Shown here: positions 40,059 to 50,942 of the stretch, one piece after another
Layout: each line of letters opens with the position of its first letter
How positions within the stretch are numbered: the stretch's first letter is position 1
From: a virus
DNA: 64,000 nucleotides
Virus record (IMG/VR): IMGVR_UViG_3300031760_000017
Reading direction: 5' to 3' (one strand)
Notes under the pieces: generated by a model
The model's database searches: none
Seen by the model: the letters and a program-made list of their open reading frames with translations, nothing else
Told to the model about the DNA's origin: nothing
Program-made: the position numbers and the translations under genes

Positions 40059-40856
40059 ATGAAATATATATTAAAAAATGGTTAGTAGATAGAGTCCATT
40101 GATATTGGAAAGGCTAATATCAAAATAGGGCAAAGAAATAATCGACTTACTATTTGTGATAGAGCGCCTAATACAAAATCAAAAAAAGCACGTATAATTT
40201 GTTTATGTGATTGTGGACAATACACAGTTATAAATCATCAAGATTTTAAAAATGGACAAGTTAAAAGTTGTGGATGCTATGCAAAAGAAATACATGCTGA
40301 AATAGGAAGAAAAACTGCTATAGATTTCACTCAATCATAGTACAATAATAATCCATTTTATGAATATATTGAACCTACAGATGTTAGATTTAATTGGAGT
40401 AAACAAGTAGTATGGAAGGTTAAATGTAGAAAATGTAATAAAGAATATTTAGCAATTCCTAAAGAATTAATTTCTATAAATAATAATAAGCGTATGAATC
40501 CTTGTAATTGTTGGAAAACTTATAGTATTGGAGTTCAACGTATTATTGCAATATTAGAAAAAAATAATATTTCTTATGAATTAGAAAAAAAATTTGATAC
40601 ATGTATTTCACCAAAAGGAAATTGTTTACCTTTTGATTTCTATCTTCCTGATTATAAGATTTTAATAGAATATGATGGACAACAACATTTTAATATAGCA
40701 TTTGGTCAAAATGAAAATAAATTGATTCAACAAAAAAAATATGATAAAATAAAAAATGAATGGTGTAAAAATAATAATATTCATTTAATTAGGATACCTT
40801 ATTATCAAAAAGAAATTACAATTTAGAATTTAATAGGAGAAAAAATTAATGGGTAA
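40059..40856 (+). CDS. PD-(D/E)XK-type endonuclease (free-standing homing-endonuclease-like), 265 aa with TAG=Gln
   Basis: The N-terminal Cys-rich region is followed by FDFYLPDYKILIEYDGQQH...NIHLIRIPY. TAG TAG at codons 9-10. The frame continues through TAG 40824-40826 to TAA 40854-40856, overlapping the gyrB start. Confidence 0.55.
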
Positions 40857-42562
40857 ATTATATACAGAAGACTCGATAGAAAGCTTATCTCCTCTCGAAT
40901 TTACACGACTTAGACCTGGTGTATATTGTGGAGACACTAATTACTCTACTCAATTATTAATTGAAATATTTTCAAATGCAGTAGATGAATACCGTAATGG
41001 ATTTGGAAATAGAATTGATGTAACTATTCTCCCTGACATGATTTCGGTTAGAGATTATGGGCAAGGATTTATTCCAAATTCATATCGGGACGATGGAAAA
41101 ACAATTCTTGAAGCGGCATTTAGTGTTTTAAATACATCTGGAAAATATCGAGATGATGGAACCTATGAAGGAACTTCTTTAGGTTCTTTTGGTATCGGTT
41201 CAAAAATTACGACTTTCCTTTCTCATTGGTTAAGAGTTAAAACTATGAGAGATTCAGAGTGGGAAGAAATATATTTTAAAGAGGGCGTATTTCAATACCG
41301 AACAAGCGGTGCTGGAGGAGTTACTGGAACTCTTGTTGAATGGCAACCTTCAGAAGAATTTTTTACTCATCCAGAAGTAGAAATTAAAAAGGTCGTAGAT
41401 TTATTTAAAACTATTACATGTCTTTGCCCTGGTCTAACAATTAATCTATATGACCATGGAAAACATACTGTTTTTGTTTCTGATAATGGAATTAATGATT
41501 TAATTGATGAAGCTGTAAAAGACACAGAGCTTATTAATAATCGTTTTTCAATGAACTTTTCAGAAGGCAAAAATAAATTTGATATGGTTCTTACTTATGC
41601 AGGCAATTATTCTTTAACAATGGTCCCATATGTAAACACTGGACTTACAGAATCTGGACCTCATATTACTCAAATCAAAACCGTTATCACAAGAGAATTT
41701 AATAAATTCTTTAAAGAAAAAAAATGGTTAAAAGATAAAGATTCTAACTTAACTGGTGATGATATTCAAGAGGGTATGTATGTAATATTTAATCTTACTG
41801 CTCCCAATGTTGGTTATGACGCTCAAGTCAAGAGTAGAATCACAAAGATTGACATGAGTCCTTTTACTTCTGCATTAAGTACAAATTTAAACATTTGGCT
41901 TAATAATAATGAAAAAGAAATAAAAATTATTTTTGAAAAAGCAACAGCCGCCCGTAAGGCAAGAGATGCCGCAAAGAAAGCAAGAGATAAAGCAAGAGAG
42001 CAAAATAAAAAGAAACAGAAAGCTCTTAAATTCGATAGTAAACTTGCAGATTGTAATTCAAAAGATAGAAGTAAATGTGAAATTTATATTACTGAGGGAG
42101 ATAGTGCATCTGGTAATTTAAAGCTTGCTCGTGATAATGAAACACAGGCGGTTATGCCAGTTAGAGGTAAAATTTTAAATACTCAAAAAGCTACTTTTGC
42201 ACAGATTCAAAAAAATGCAGAAATTATGACAATGTGTGATGCCTTCTTTGGACCTGGAGACTGGTCTATTGACCCTAAGACTCTTAAAGTAACTTATAGT
42301 CAAGTAAGATATGGCAAAATAATCATTATGTCAGATGCTGATTGTGATGGAGCGCATATTAAAAATCTTTTTTACACCTTTATATGGAATTTCTGTCCTG
42401 ATCTAGTTCAAAAAGGGTATGTTTATGCTGGGGTTCCCCCGCTTTATAAAATTACTCTTCCTGCAAATAAAGGATATAAATATTTAAAAAATGATGAAGC
42501 ATTAAATGAATTTAAAAGCAAGAATAAAGATAAAAAATATCAGATCGGACGCATGAAAGGGT
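40849..42562 (+). CDS. gyrB: type IIA topoisomerase subunit B (GyrB/ParE-like), exon 1
   Basis: GHKL ATPase and Toprim motifs (EIYITEGDSASG, IIIMSDADCDGAHI). The conserved ...QIGRMKG is followed in the standard frame by unrelated residues, and joining at T42562 restores KGLGEM. Confidence 0.8.
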
Positions 42563-43595
42563 ACGAGTTAGTCTGGCCCTTAGCTACTTTTCCGCGGATC
42601 GGCGGGGTTGCCTAAAATAGGCAGCTAACGAGGTAGTCTTCTATTTAAAATTTTGGACATTTTAGGATAATCTGAAATGTGAAATTTTTATAATATATAG
42701 AAGATAATCTCGTGGGAAAAAATTACGATATTATCTCCAAAAAAATTAAAGGAGATAAAATAATGATAGGAATTTATAAAATTACAAATTTACTAAATGG
42801 TCATAGTTATATTGGATTATCTACTCATATTGAAGATAGATGGGAATATCATAAAAATCCATATAACTGGAATAGAGAAAAGAATAAATCTTTATACAAA
42901 GCAATTTTAAAATATGGTATCGAAAATTTTTCTTTTGAAATACTTGAATAGTGCTTACCAGAACAGTTAAGTGAAAAAGAAAAATACTATATTGAAAAAT
43001 ATAATACATATCATGCTGGTTATAATATGACTGCCGGCGGTGAAGATAATCAAGGTGAAAGTCATCCAAGACACAAATTAACAAAAGAAGATGTGATAGA
43101 TATTAGAACTAGATATGACAATCTTGAAAGAAAAAAAGATGTGTATTAGTTATATAAAGATAGAATTGGAGAAAGTGGTTTTTCTAAAATTTGGAAGGGC
43201 AACACTTGGACTTCTATAATGATGGAAGTTTACACTCCTTAGAATAAAAAATATCATTTACATGATACGGCAAATAAAGGCTCTCAAAATGGAAGAGCTA
43301 GATTAACTGAATAGGATGTAAGAGCTATTCGATTAAGAAGAAAGAACGGCGAAAAATTATCTGATGTATATGCAAATTATAAACATCTTTTAACCAAAGG
43401 GTCTTTTACGAATATTTGGTCGTATCAAAATTGGAAAAATATCGTAGTTTAAACCTGTATCGACTATCCCCTTTGTCGGGGAGTACATCTCTTATTGATA
43501 CAGAGATGGAAACAGTAGCGCCCTATGACTACAGTAAATGCGTTAGTACGAGGGCAAGAAATAGTCAGTGCCATTGGTAACAATGGATTAACACG
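42563..43595 (+). mobile_element. group I intron (1033 nt) carrying a GIY-YIG homing endonuclease gene
   Basis: The 5' exon ends in U (42562) and the intron ends in G (43595). Exon AAGGGU (42557-42562) pairs with intron GCCCUU (42576-42581), giving the U-G wobble at the splice site (P1). Both intron ends are G+C-rich and structured. Splicing restores frame and motif. Confidence 0.75.
42763..43452 (+). CDS. GIY-YIG homing endonuclease (intron-encoded), 229 aa with TAG=Gln
   Basis: AAAGGAG RBS. GIYKITNLLNGHSYIGLS...R...H...YGIENFSFEILE-TAG-C. Four in-frame TAGs. TAA at 43450-43452. Confidence 0.75.
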
Positions 43596-43786
43596 TAGGT
43601 GAAATGAGCATCGAAGAGACAGAAGAAACTTTAACTAATCCAAATAATAGAATCATTAAACAAATTACTGTTGAAGATGTTGCGGCGGCTGATAAACTTT
43701 TTAATGATTTAATGGGAAATACAGTTATTCCTAGAAAAAGGTATATTAAAGAGCATAGTGCGGAGGCTACTTACAATGCAGAATAA
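43596..43786 (+). CDS. gyrB: type IIA topoisomerase subunit B, exon 2
   Basis: (L)GEMSIEETEETL...ITVEDVAAADKLFNDLMGNTVIPRKRYIKEH matches the GyrB C-terminal tail. Spliced length is 1905 nt, or 634 aa. Confidence 0.75.
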
Positions 43787-44003
43787 TGAATGTGAATGTT
43801 TATATGGAATATATGATTGGGAACTATTTTTAAATAGTAAAAAACAATTTTTAAATAAAAGGTTATGTATCGTTCATATTCCAAAAGATAATTTTCATAA
43901 AGATAAATATTGTCTTTATTACGTCTGTAAAGAGAATCCTTTTGAAGAGGGAGTTAAAGCATATATTAATTTTTGTCCGTATTGTGGAAGAAAACTTTTA
44001 TAA
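43776..44003 (+). CDS. small Cys-rich (zinc-ribbon) protein
   Basis: MQNNECECLYG...CPYCGRKLL. ATG 43776 overlaps the gyrB stop region. Confidence 0.45.
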   Translation: MQNNECECLYGIYDWELFLNSKKQFLNKRLCIVHIPKDNFHKDKYCLYYVCKENPFEEGVKAYINFCPYCGRKLL

Positions 44004-44020
44004 TAAGGAGACTACATATA

Positions 44021-44272
44021 ATGCAAAATAAAGAAAAAATTATACAAATTTTAACAAATGATTTAAATTATTGTTATTGTGATAATTGTAAATATGGTGA
44101 TTATGAAACATATGAAGATAGATTTTGTGAAGGATGTTATAGAAAATATTCAAATTGGGCATTATCATCAATAACAGCAAAGGAAATAGCTGATAAAATA
44201 ATTCAATTAGGTGAAATTTTTCCTATATCAAAAGAAGAACTAGAAGGGGCTATGAATAAAAATGCAAAATGA
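44021..44272 (+). CDS. small Cys-rich protein
   Basis: AAGGAG RBS. MQNKEKIIQILTNDLNYCYCDNCKYGD...CEGC. Confidence 0.45.
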   Translation: MQNKEKIIQILTNDLNYCYCDNCKYGDYETYEDRFCEGCYRKYSNWALSSITAKEIADKIIQLGEIFPISKEELEGAMNKNAK

Positions 44273-46604
44273 TTTAACAAAAGAATTAGGAACAAATTTT
44301 ATAGAATATGCGGTTGCAGTGAATACTGACCGTGCCATACCTAATGCTAAAGATGGTCTTAAACCTGTTGCTAAACGTATCCTTTGGGGAGCTGAAGATA
44401 AAACTAAATGTGTATCTAGTAAACCACATATAAAAGCCGCAAAACTTGTGGGTGATATTATGGGTACATATCATCCACATGGTGATAGCTCTATTTATGG
44501 CGCTCTTGTACGTCTTTCTCAAAATTGGGTTATGCGTTATCCATTAATTGATTTTCATGGTAATAATGGTAATATTATTGGTGACGGTCCCGCACATATG
44601 CGCTATACTGAATGTCGACTAAGTAAATTAGCAGAAGATGGCTTACTTCAAGGAATAAAGAAAAATAATGTTGATTTTATTGACAACTACGATGAAACAA
44701 CAGAAGAGCCAGTATCTCTTCCAAGCATTTTTCCAAATCTTCTTTGTAATCCTAATAGCGGGATTGGTGTTGCTATGGCTTGCTCTTGGGCACCACACAA
44801 TTTTAGTGAAGTAGCTACGGCAATTAACCAATATTTATCTGGAGAAGAACCAATGTTACCTGGTCCAGATTTCCCAACAGGTGGAATTATTATTAACTCA
44901 AAAGATATTCCAAATATTATGAGAACTGGTCACGGTAGTGTTAAAGTTCGCGGAAGATATGAAATTGATAATCAAAAAATTATTTTTACTGAAATTCCAT
45001 ATGGCACTTCTGTAGAAGGTTTAGTAGCGGAAATTGGGAAAGCTTCAGATGAAAAAGAGATTGAAGGTATTGATAACATTCGTGATGAATCTAATAAGAA
45101 AGGAATTAGAATTGTTATTGAATGTGACAAAGGAATTAATCCTACAAGTATTGTAAAAAAATTATTTTCAAAAACAAATCTTCAAAGCTCTTTTAGTTAT
45201 AATCAAGTTGCTCTTATTGACAAAGTTCCAACAGAGTTAAATCTAAAAGATTGTATTAAGATTTATGTTGATCATAATATTGATTGTCTTATAAGAGAAA
45301 CTAAATTTGATTTAGATAAAGCAACTAATAGACTTGAAATTGTTAATGGTTTATTGCGGGCACTAGAAGATATTGACAATATCATAGCGCTGATTAAAGG
45401 TTCTGAAAATGCAACCGCCGCAAAAGAATCATTAATTAAAAAATATCAATTTACAGAAAATCAAGCTAAAGCAATTTTAGCTATGAGACTTTCTTCTCTT
45501 GCAAAACTTGAAAAAGTAGAACTTAATAAAGAAGCAGAAGATTTAGAAAATAAAATTTTTATGTTAAATCAAATTTTAGATAGTCGAGATAATCAAATTG
45601 ATATTTTAAAAGTTCGATTAAATGGATTAGTTAAAAAATATGGGGATGCCCGTCGTACAGAACTTACTAATATTGAAATAAAACCTGAAGAGAAAATCAT
45701 TGAGGAAGTTGTCCCAGAAGATTGTGTTGTAATTTTATCTCAATCTGGAAATATTAAAAGAATCGCTCAGAAGTCTTTTAAAGTTCAACGTAGAAATGGT
45801 AAAGGTGTAAAAACAAAAGATGATGTTATAATGTCTACCATCTCAACAAATACGATTGATAATTTACTTCTATTTACTAAAGAAGGTAAAATGTTTAAGA
45901 TTATTGTAGATGAAATACCAGTCGGTACTAATGCATCAAAAGGCGTACATGTTGGAAATTTAATTAACATGGGAATTAATGATGAAGTAATTGCAATTAC
46001 TTCTCTTGCTAGAAGTAATACTGCAAAATATGTTGTTTTCTTTACTAAGAAAGGTTTAATAAAAAAGACTTATTTAGAAGAATATACAAAAGTAAAACGT
46101 AGTACCGGAATTGCGGCAATTAAAATTAATGAGGGAGATTCTATTGCTAATGTAGAATTCATTAATGAGGAAGATATTCTTGTAATTACTAAGAATGGAA
46201 TGTCAATTCATTTTGAAAGCAAAAATATTAATCCTATAGGTAGAATCGCCGCAGGTGTTAAAACAATTAAGCTAGATGAAAATGATGAAGTTGTTGTAGG
46301 ACTACCAATTCATTCAGAGAAAGATATAATTGCTATCTTTTCAACAAAAGGATATGGTAAAAAGACTTCTATCAAAGAATTTAATTTACAAGGTAGAGGC
46401 GGCAAGGGTCTTGTAATTTATAGACCAAGCGCAATATATGGAGAGATTGCGGGAGCTGTAGTTGTGTCAGATAAAGACACGATTTTACTTACCGGTCAGC
46501 CAAATTCTATATGTATTGCCGCAACTGATTTGCCTTTGTTAACTAGAACAAGCTTTGGTAATATTATGATAAAATCAAACATTTCATCTATTGTAAAATT
46601 TTAA
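44262..46604 (+). CDS. gyrA: type IIA topoisomerase subunit A (GyrA/ParC-like)
   Basis: DGLKPVAKRILW, YHPHGDSSIYGALVRLSQ and RYTECRL (catalytic Tyr region), with C-terminal beta-pinwheel repeats. Confidence 0.85.
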   Translation: MQNDLTKELGTNFIEYAVAVNTDRAIPNAKDGLKPVAKRILWGAEDKTKCVSSKPHIKAAKLVGDIMGTYHPHGDSSIYGALVRLSQNWVMRYPLIDFHGNNGNIIGDGPAHMRYTECRLSKLAEDGLLQGIKKNNVDFIDNYDETTEEPVSLPSIFPNLLCNPNSGIGVAMACSWAPHNFSEVATAINQYLSGEEPMLPGPDFPTGGIIINSKDIPNIMRTGHGSVKVRGRYEIDNQKIIFTEIPYGTSVEGLVAEIGKASDEKEIEGIDNIRDESNKKGIRIVIECDKGINPTSIVKKLFSKTNLQSSFSYNQVALIDKVPTELNLKDCIKIYVDHNIDCLIRETKFDLDKATNRLEIVNGLLRALEDIDNIIALIKGSENATAAKESLIKKYQFTENQAKAILAMRLSSLAKLEKVELNKEAEDLENKIFMLNQILDSRDNQIDILKVRLNGLVKKYGDARRTELTNIEIKPEEKIIEEVVPEDCVVILSQSGNIKRIAQKSFKVQRRNGKGVKTKDDVIMSTISTNTIDNLLLFTKEGKMFKIIVDEIPVGTNASKGVHVGNLINMGINDEVIAITSLARSNTAKYVVFFTKKGLIKKTYLEEYTKVKRSTGIAAIKINEGDSIANVEFINEEDILVITKNGMSIHFESKNINPIGRIAAGVKTIKLDENDEVVVGLPIHSEKDIIAIFSTKGYGKKTSIKEFNLQGRGGKGLVIYRPSAIYGEIAGAVVVSDKDTILLTGQPNSICIAATDLPLLTRTSFGNIMIKSNISSIVKF

Positions 46605-46655
46605 GTGAAGAATATTTATTCTTCACTTGTTTTTTATAAAAAATTATATTATAAT
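46603..46655 (+). promoter_or_regulatory. fused terminator-promoter cassette
   Basis: Hairpin AAGTGAAGAATA-ttt-ATTCTTCACTT. -35 TTGTTT at 46627-46632 and TATAAT at 46650-46655. Confidence 0.65.
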
Positions 46656-46684
46656 ATTATTATAATATAAAAAGGATTAAAAAT

Positions 46685-48691
46685 ATGAAAAGCAAAATAG
46701 ATATTGGTATTTTAATTAAAAAACTTAATAAAGCTACTAAAGCCTATGATGCAGGGCATCCTATTATGACAGATAGAGAATGGGATGACCTTTATTTTGA
46801 GCTAGTCGAATGGGAAAGACAAACTGGTATTATTTTTGCAGATTCTCCAACCCAAAAAATTCATTTTGAAAAAGTTTCTGAATTAAAAAAAGTGAAACAT
46901 AATCATCTTATGCTTTCTCTTAATAAAACAAAAGATATTAAAGAAGTGTTAGATTTTGTAAAAAATAATCCTTGGATTGCTATGGCAAAAATGGATGGTT
47001 TAACATGTTCGCTTAGATACCTTCATGGAGAACTTGTTTCTGCAGAAACTCGCGGGGATGGTCTTATTGGTGAAGATGTCACCCATAATGCAAAGGTTAT
47101 TTCATCTATCCCTCAAAAAATTAATTACACTGATGAATTAATTGTTGATGGAGAAATCATTTGTACTTATGAAGATTTTAAACCATTTGAAAGAACTTAT
47201 AAAAATCCTAGAAATTTTGCAAGTGGAAGTATTAGATTATTAGATTCAAAAGAATGTCAAAAAAGACATCTTACTTTTGTTGCCTGGGATTCTTTTTGTG
47301 ATAATAAAATTTATGATGAGTATTTAAATATTCCTTATAATATTCAGATTACATTGTCTTTAAAATTACAAGTTCTTCAAGATTTAGGTTTTACAGTGGT
47401 TCCTCATTTGGTTGATGTAGAGGAATGGTCTGTTGAAGACGCTATATCAATAATTAGAGACAAATATCATACTATCTATCCTATTGATGGCGTTGTAATT
47501 AAATACAATGATATAGATGATTATAATGCGGCTGGCCGCACAGAACACCATTTTAAAGGCGGTTTAGCATATAAGTTTTATGATGAACTTTATGATACTC
47601 GTTTAAAATATATTCAGTGGACAATGGGAAGAACAGGCGTCCTTACTCCAGTGGCAGTTTTTGACCCCATTGATATTGATGGTTCAACAGTAGAAAGAGC
47701 GTCACTTCATAATGTTAGTGTTATGAGAGAGATTCTCGGTGATTGTGCTTATCGCGGTGAACCGTTAAAAATTGCTAAAATGAATCAAATTATTCCACAG
47801 GTCATAGAAGCTGGTCCAAAATATGATTATGGATATGTAATAAGTCATGGTGGAGTTTCCGCAAATGATGTTATTGAAAGATGTCCAATTTGTTATGGAG
47901 AGGTTGAATATAAAGAAAGTTCGGAAGGGGTCATAAATGCATACTGCACAAATCCAAAGTGTGAAGGAAAACTAGTTAATAGACTTGATCACTTTTGTGG
48001 GAAAAAAGGATTAGACATTAAAGGGATTTCAAAAGCAACTCTTGGAAAATTTATTGAATGGGGCTGGGTAGAAAACATAGAAGATTTATATTACATTTCC
48101 GAAAAATTTAGGTCGGACTTCTTACTTAAACCTGGCTTCGGAGTTAAATCAGTTATTAAAATTTTAAATGCAATAGAAGAAAGTAAACATACAACACTTG
48201 ATGCTTTTATTTCTGCTATTGGTATCCCTCTTATTGGACGAGCAGTTGCTAAAGATTTAACTAATTATTTTGAAACTTATGAAGATTTCCGTGATGCTGT
48301 AAAAGATAATTCATATCATTTCTATGATTTAGATAACTTTGGTATAGAAATGGAAAATAGTATTAAGAATTTTGATTACGCGGAAGCTGATAGACTTTCT
48401 AAAATTTTATATATTGAAGCCCCAGTTGTAAGCAACAATCAAATAAATAATAGTCTTTCAGGAAAAACTATAGTCATTACGGGAAAACTTACAAAATTTA
48501 AGAATAGAGCTGAATTGAAATCAGTTATTGAAAAACATGGCGGGAAAGTTACAGACTCAATTTCCGCAAAAACAGATATGTTAATAAACAACGATATAAA
48601 TAGCACATCATCTAAAAATAAAGCCGCAAAAGCACGCAATATACCAATTATAACAGAAACTGATTTTATACAGCTTTATATTGAAAATTAA
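46685..48691 (+). CDS. ligA: NAD-dependent DNA ligase
   Basis: Adenylation motif AKMDGLT, a four-Cys Zn finger CPICYG...CTNPKCEG, HhH repeats and a C-terminal BRCT domain (GKTIVITGKL). Confidence 0.85.
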   Translation: MKSKIDIGILIKKLNKATKAYDAGHPIMTDREWDDLYFELVEWERQTGIIFADSPTQKIHFEKVSELKKVKHNHLMLSLNKTKDIKEVLDFVKNNPWIAMAKMDGLTCSLRYLHGELVSAETRGDGLIGEDVTHNAKVISSIPQKINYTDELIVDGEIICTYEDFKPFERTYKNPRNFASGSIRLLDSKECQKRHLTFVAWDSFCDNKIYDEYLNIPYNIQITLSLKLQVLQDLGFTVVPHLVDVEEWSVEDAISIIRDKYHTIYPIDGVVIKYNDIDDYNAAGRTEHHFKGGLAYKFYDELYDTRLKYIQWTMGRTGVLTPVAVFDPIDIDGSTVERASLHNVSVMREILGDCAYRGEPLKIAKMNQIIPQVIEAGPKYDYGYVISHGGVSANDVIERCPICYGEVEYKESSEGVINAYCTNPKCEGKLVNRLDHFCGKKGLDIKGISKATLGKFIEWGWVENIEDLYYISEKFRSDFLLKPGFGVKSVIKILNAIEESKHTTLDAFISAIGIPLIGRAVAKDLTNYFETYEDFRDAVKDNSYHFYDLDNFGIEMENSIKNFDYAEADRLSKILYIEAPVVSNNQINNSLSGKTIVITGKLTKFKNRAELKSVIEKHGGKVTDSISAKTDMLINNDINSTSSKNKAAKARNIPIITETDFIQLYIEN

Positions 48692-48791
48692 AAAAATTTT
48701 TAATATAATAAGAATAGATGATAAATGAAATAAAATTTATCTTTTATATAAATACATTATAATAAATACATAATTTAAAGGAGAAAAAAAT

Positions 48792-49079
48792 ATGTTAAAG
48801 GACAATAGTAAACTTGTTTTCAATTTTGTTAAGTAGCACGATGGAGAAGATTTTACAGCACAGGATATTGCTGATGCAACTGGTCTTGGAGTAAGACAGG
48901 TCAATGGTATTATTACATCAGCTTTCCAGCGTTATAAGGATAAAGATAAGAATGAAATTCCGCTAATGCAACGTGTTGTAGCTGAAATTGTAGATCCTGA
49001 GACAGGACTTCATAAACCGGTTAAATTCATTCAGCTTACTGATGAAGGTAGAGAATTCGATCCAGATGCAGAGGATTGA
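48792..49079 (+). CDS. small winged-helix-like protein (95 aa), TAG at codon 15
   Basis: AAAGGAG RBS. ...FTAQDIADATGLGVRQVNGIITSAF... Ends at TGA 49077-49079. G+C-richer. Confidence 0.45.
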
Positions 49080-49096
49080 TAATTAAGAAAATTGGG

Positions 49097-49130
49097 AGAG
49101 CTAGATATAAAAATATCTAGCTCTTTTATT
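49097..49130 (+). terminator. intrinsic terminator
   Basis: AGAGCTAGATAT-aaaa-ATATCTAGCTCT followed by a T-run. Confidence 0.75.
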
Positions 49131-49146
49131 TTATCAGGAGATAAAA

Positions 49147-50091
49147 ATGGTTGTATTAACAATAATAGATATTATTATTTTTTGTGTTGCGATAGTATTA
49201 ATTCATAAAGCTGATTTAAAAAAAGTTAATATCGCTAAATAGCAATAGAAGAAACAACAGTTAATCAATTAGATTAAATAGTTATCTGATACATACAATG
49301 ATTATAATTTAAAAATACAAAACATCCTTCAAGAAACTCAAATTGTTAAAGCTAGAGCTGAAGAAACAACAGCTAATTATATTGCTAATCAAAAACAAAT
49401 AGCACTCGATTATATTAATAATCAATAGCAATTAGCAGAACAAAAAATTAAAGAAATAAATGCTAATACTTAGCAAGAAATTGCGGCAATTCATGAAGAT
49501 CTTCAAAATATTAGGTGTTCTGCCGCACAATAGAAAGAACAAATTCAAAACGAGCTTAATAAACTAAAAGCCTCTTTGAGTGCGGGCGTAGAAGCCCGCC
49601 TTCGCGAACAATAGAAAAAAGATAAAATTAATTTTTATAAACTTTCTATTAGTGATGCGGATTTAGCTGATGTTAAAATGCTAGAAAATTTAAAAGCATC
49701 TTTCCATAAACCTGTTGTTTTAAGTAAACTTATTTGGACTCAATATTTTCAAAAGCAAATGACTGAATTGTGTGATAGAGTACTTGGTAAAAAAACTGTT
49801 TGCGGCATTTATAAAATTACCAATTTATTAACAGAACAATGTTATATTGGTCAAAGTGTTAATATTAGTGATAGATGGAAACAACATTGTAAATGCGGCC
49901 TTGGTATAGAAGCATCAGCTACCAATATTTTATATAATTCAATGCAAAAAGATAAAGTTTGGAATTTTACTTTTGAATTATTATAGGAGTGCCCGCGTAA
50001 TTTACTAAATGAAAAGGAAGCTTTTTGGATTGATACTTATAGTAGTAATATATATGGATTAAATACTATGAAAGGAATTAATAAAAAATGA
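49147..50091 (+). CDS. DUF4041-like coiled-coil protein with C-terminal GIY-YIG/T5orf172-type nuclease domain, 314 aa with TAG=Gln
   Basis: N-terminal TM helix and coiled coil with many TAGs. C-terminal CGIYKITNLLTEQCYIGQSVNISDRWKQH...FELL-TAG-ECPRNLLNEKEAFWI. In frame with track ORF 49678. TGA at 50089-50091. Confidence 0.6.
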
Positions 50092-50942
50092 AATTTTAGA
50101 ATACAGATGTCTGGGGATTTTAGCATGCAATCAGGGGTATGAGAAATCCTAAAAATAGCTGGAATAAAAGTGATAGTCTTTTTGAAATTGCTTATATCGA
50201 ACAAATGGAGGCTGATTGGGAAGTCGCTTCAAGTTATGTCGATGCAAATGAAAAATATGATTTTTAGAGTGAATATGATAAATATTATGAAGCACAAGAA
50301 AAATATGCGGATTGGCTTCTTAAAAATGGTGTTTTAAAAGATCAAAATGAATGTTTTAGTTATGCTTTTATTGGACCAAATGATATGAAACTGGCTCAAA
50401 CTCTTATTAAAGCTGGTCCTGAACACCGAAAATTTCTACGCCAAATCTTTGTATCTGTTGATATTACTGCACCACTTTATTGGTGGAAATAGATGGATCA
50501 ATATAAAATTGGGACAGTCACAGATAGCACATCAACTATGCATAAACTAACGAGTAAACCTATTACTCTTGAAAGTTTTGAAATTGATGATTTTAATCCA
50601 GAAATTGTATATTACGAAATTCTTGATGCTCAAAATGATATTGGTATGCTTGCGGATTTTATAATTGAACAACTTGAATTTCTTCGTCAAAAATATCTTG
50701 AAACAAAAGACAAAAGATATTGGAAAGAATTAGTACGATGGTTGCCTGAAAGCTGGTTACAAAAAAGAACATGGACTGCAAATTATGAAGTTCTTTATTC
50801 TATAGTTTTACAAAGAGGGCATCATAAATTAGAAACAGAATGGGATAAAGGTTTTATACATTGGTGCGCCTCATTGCCATATGCAAAGGATTTGATTTTT
50901 TATGGAGAAGAACGAGAAAAAATATATAATTTATATGCATAA
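50088..50942 (+). CDS. ThyX-like (flavin-dependent thymidylate synthase fold) protein with divergent active-site motif, 284 aa with TAG=Gln
   Basis: ATG overlaps the upstream stop (ATGA). ITAPLYWWK-TAG-MDQYKIGTVTDSTSTMHKL aligns by eye with ThyX ...[25 protein letters not shown], but RHR and SxR are not conserved. A later WTANYEVLYSIVLQRGHH resembles the ThyX C-terminal helix. Confidence 0.4.
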
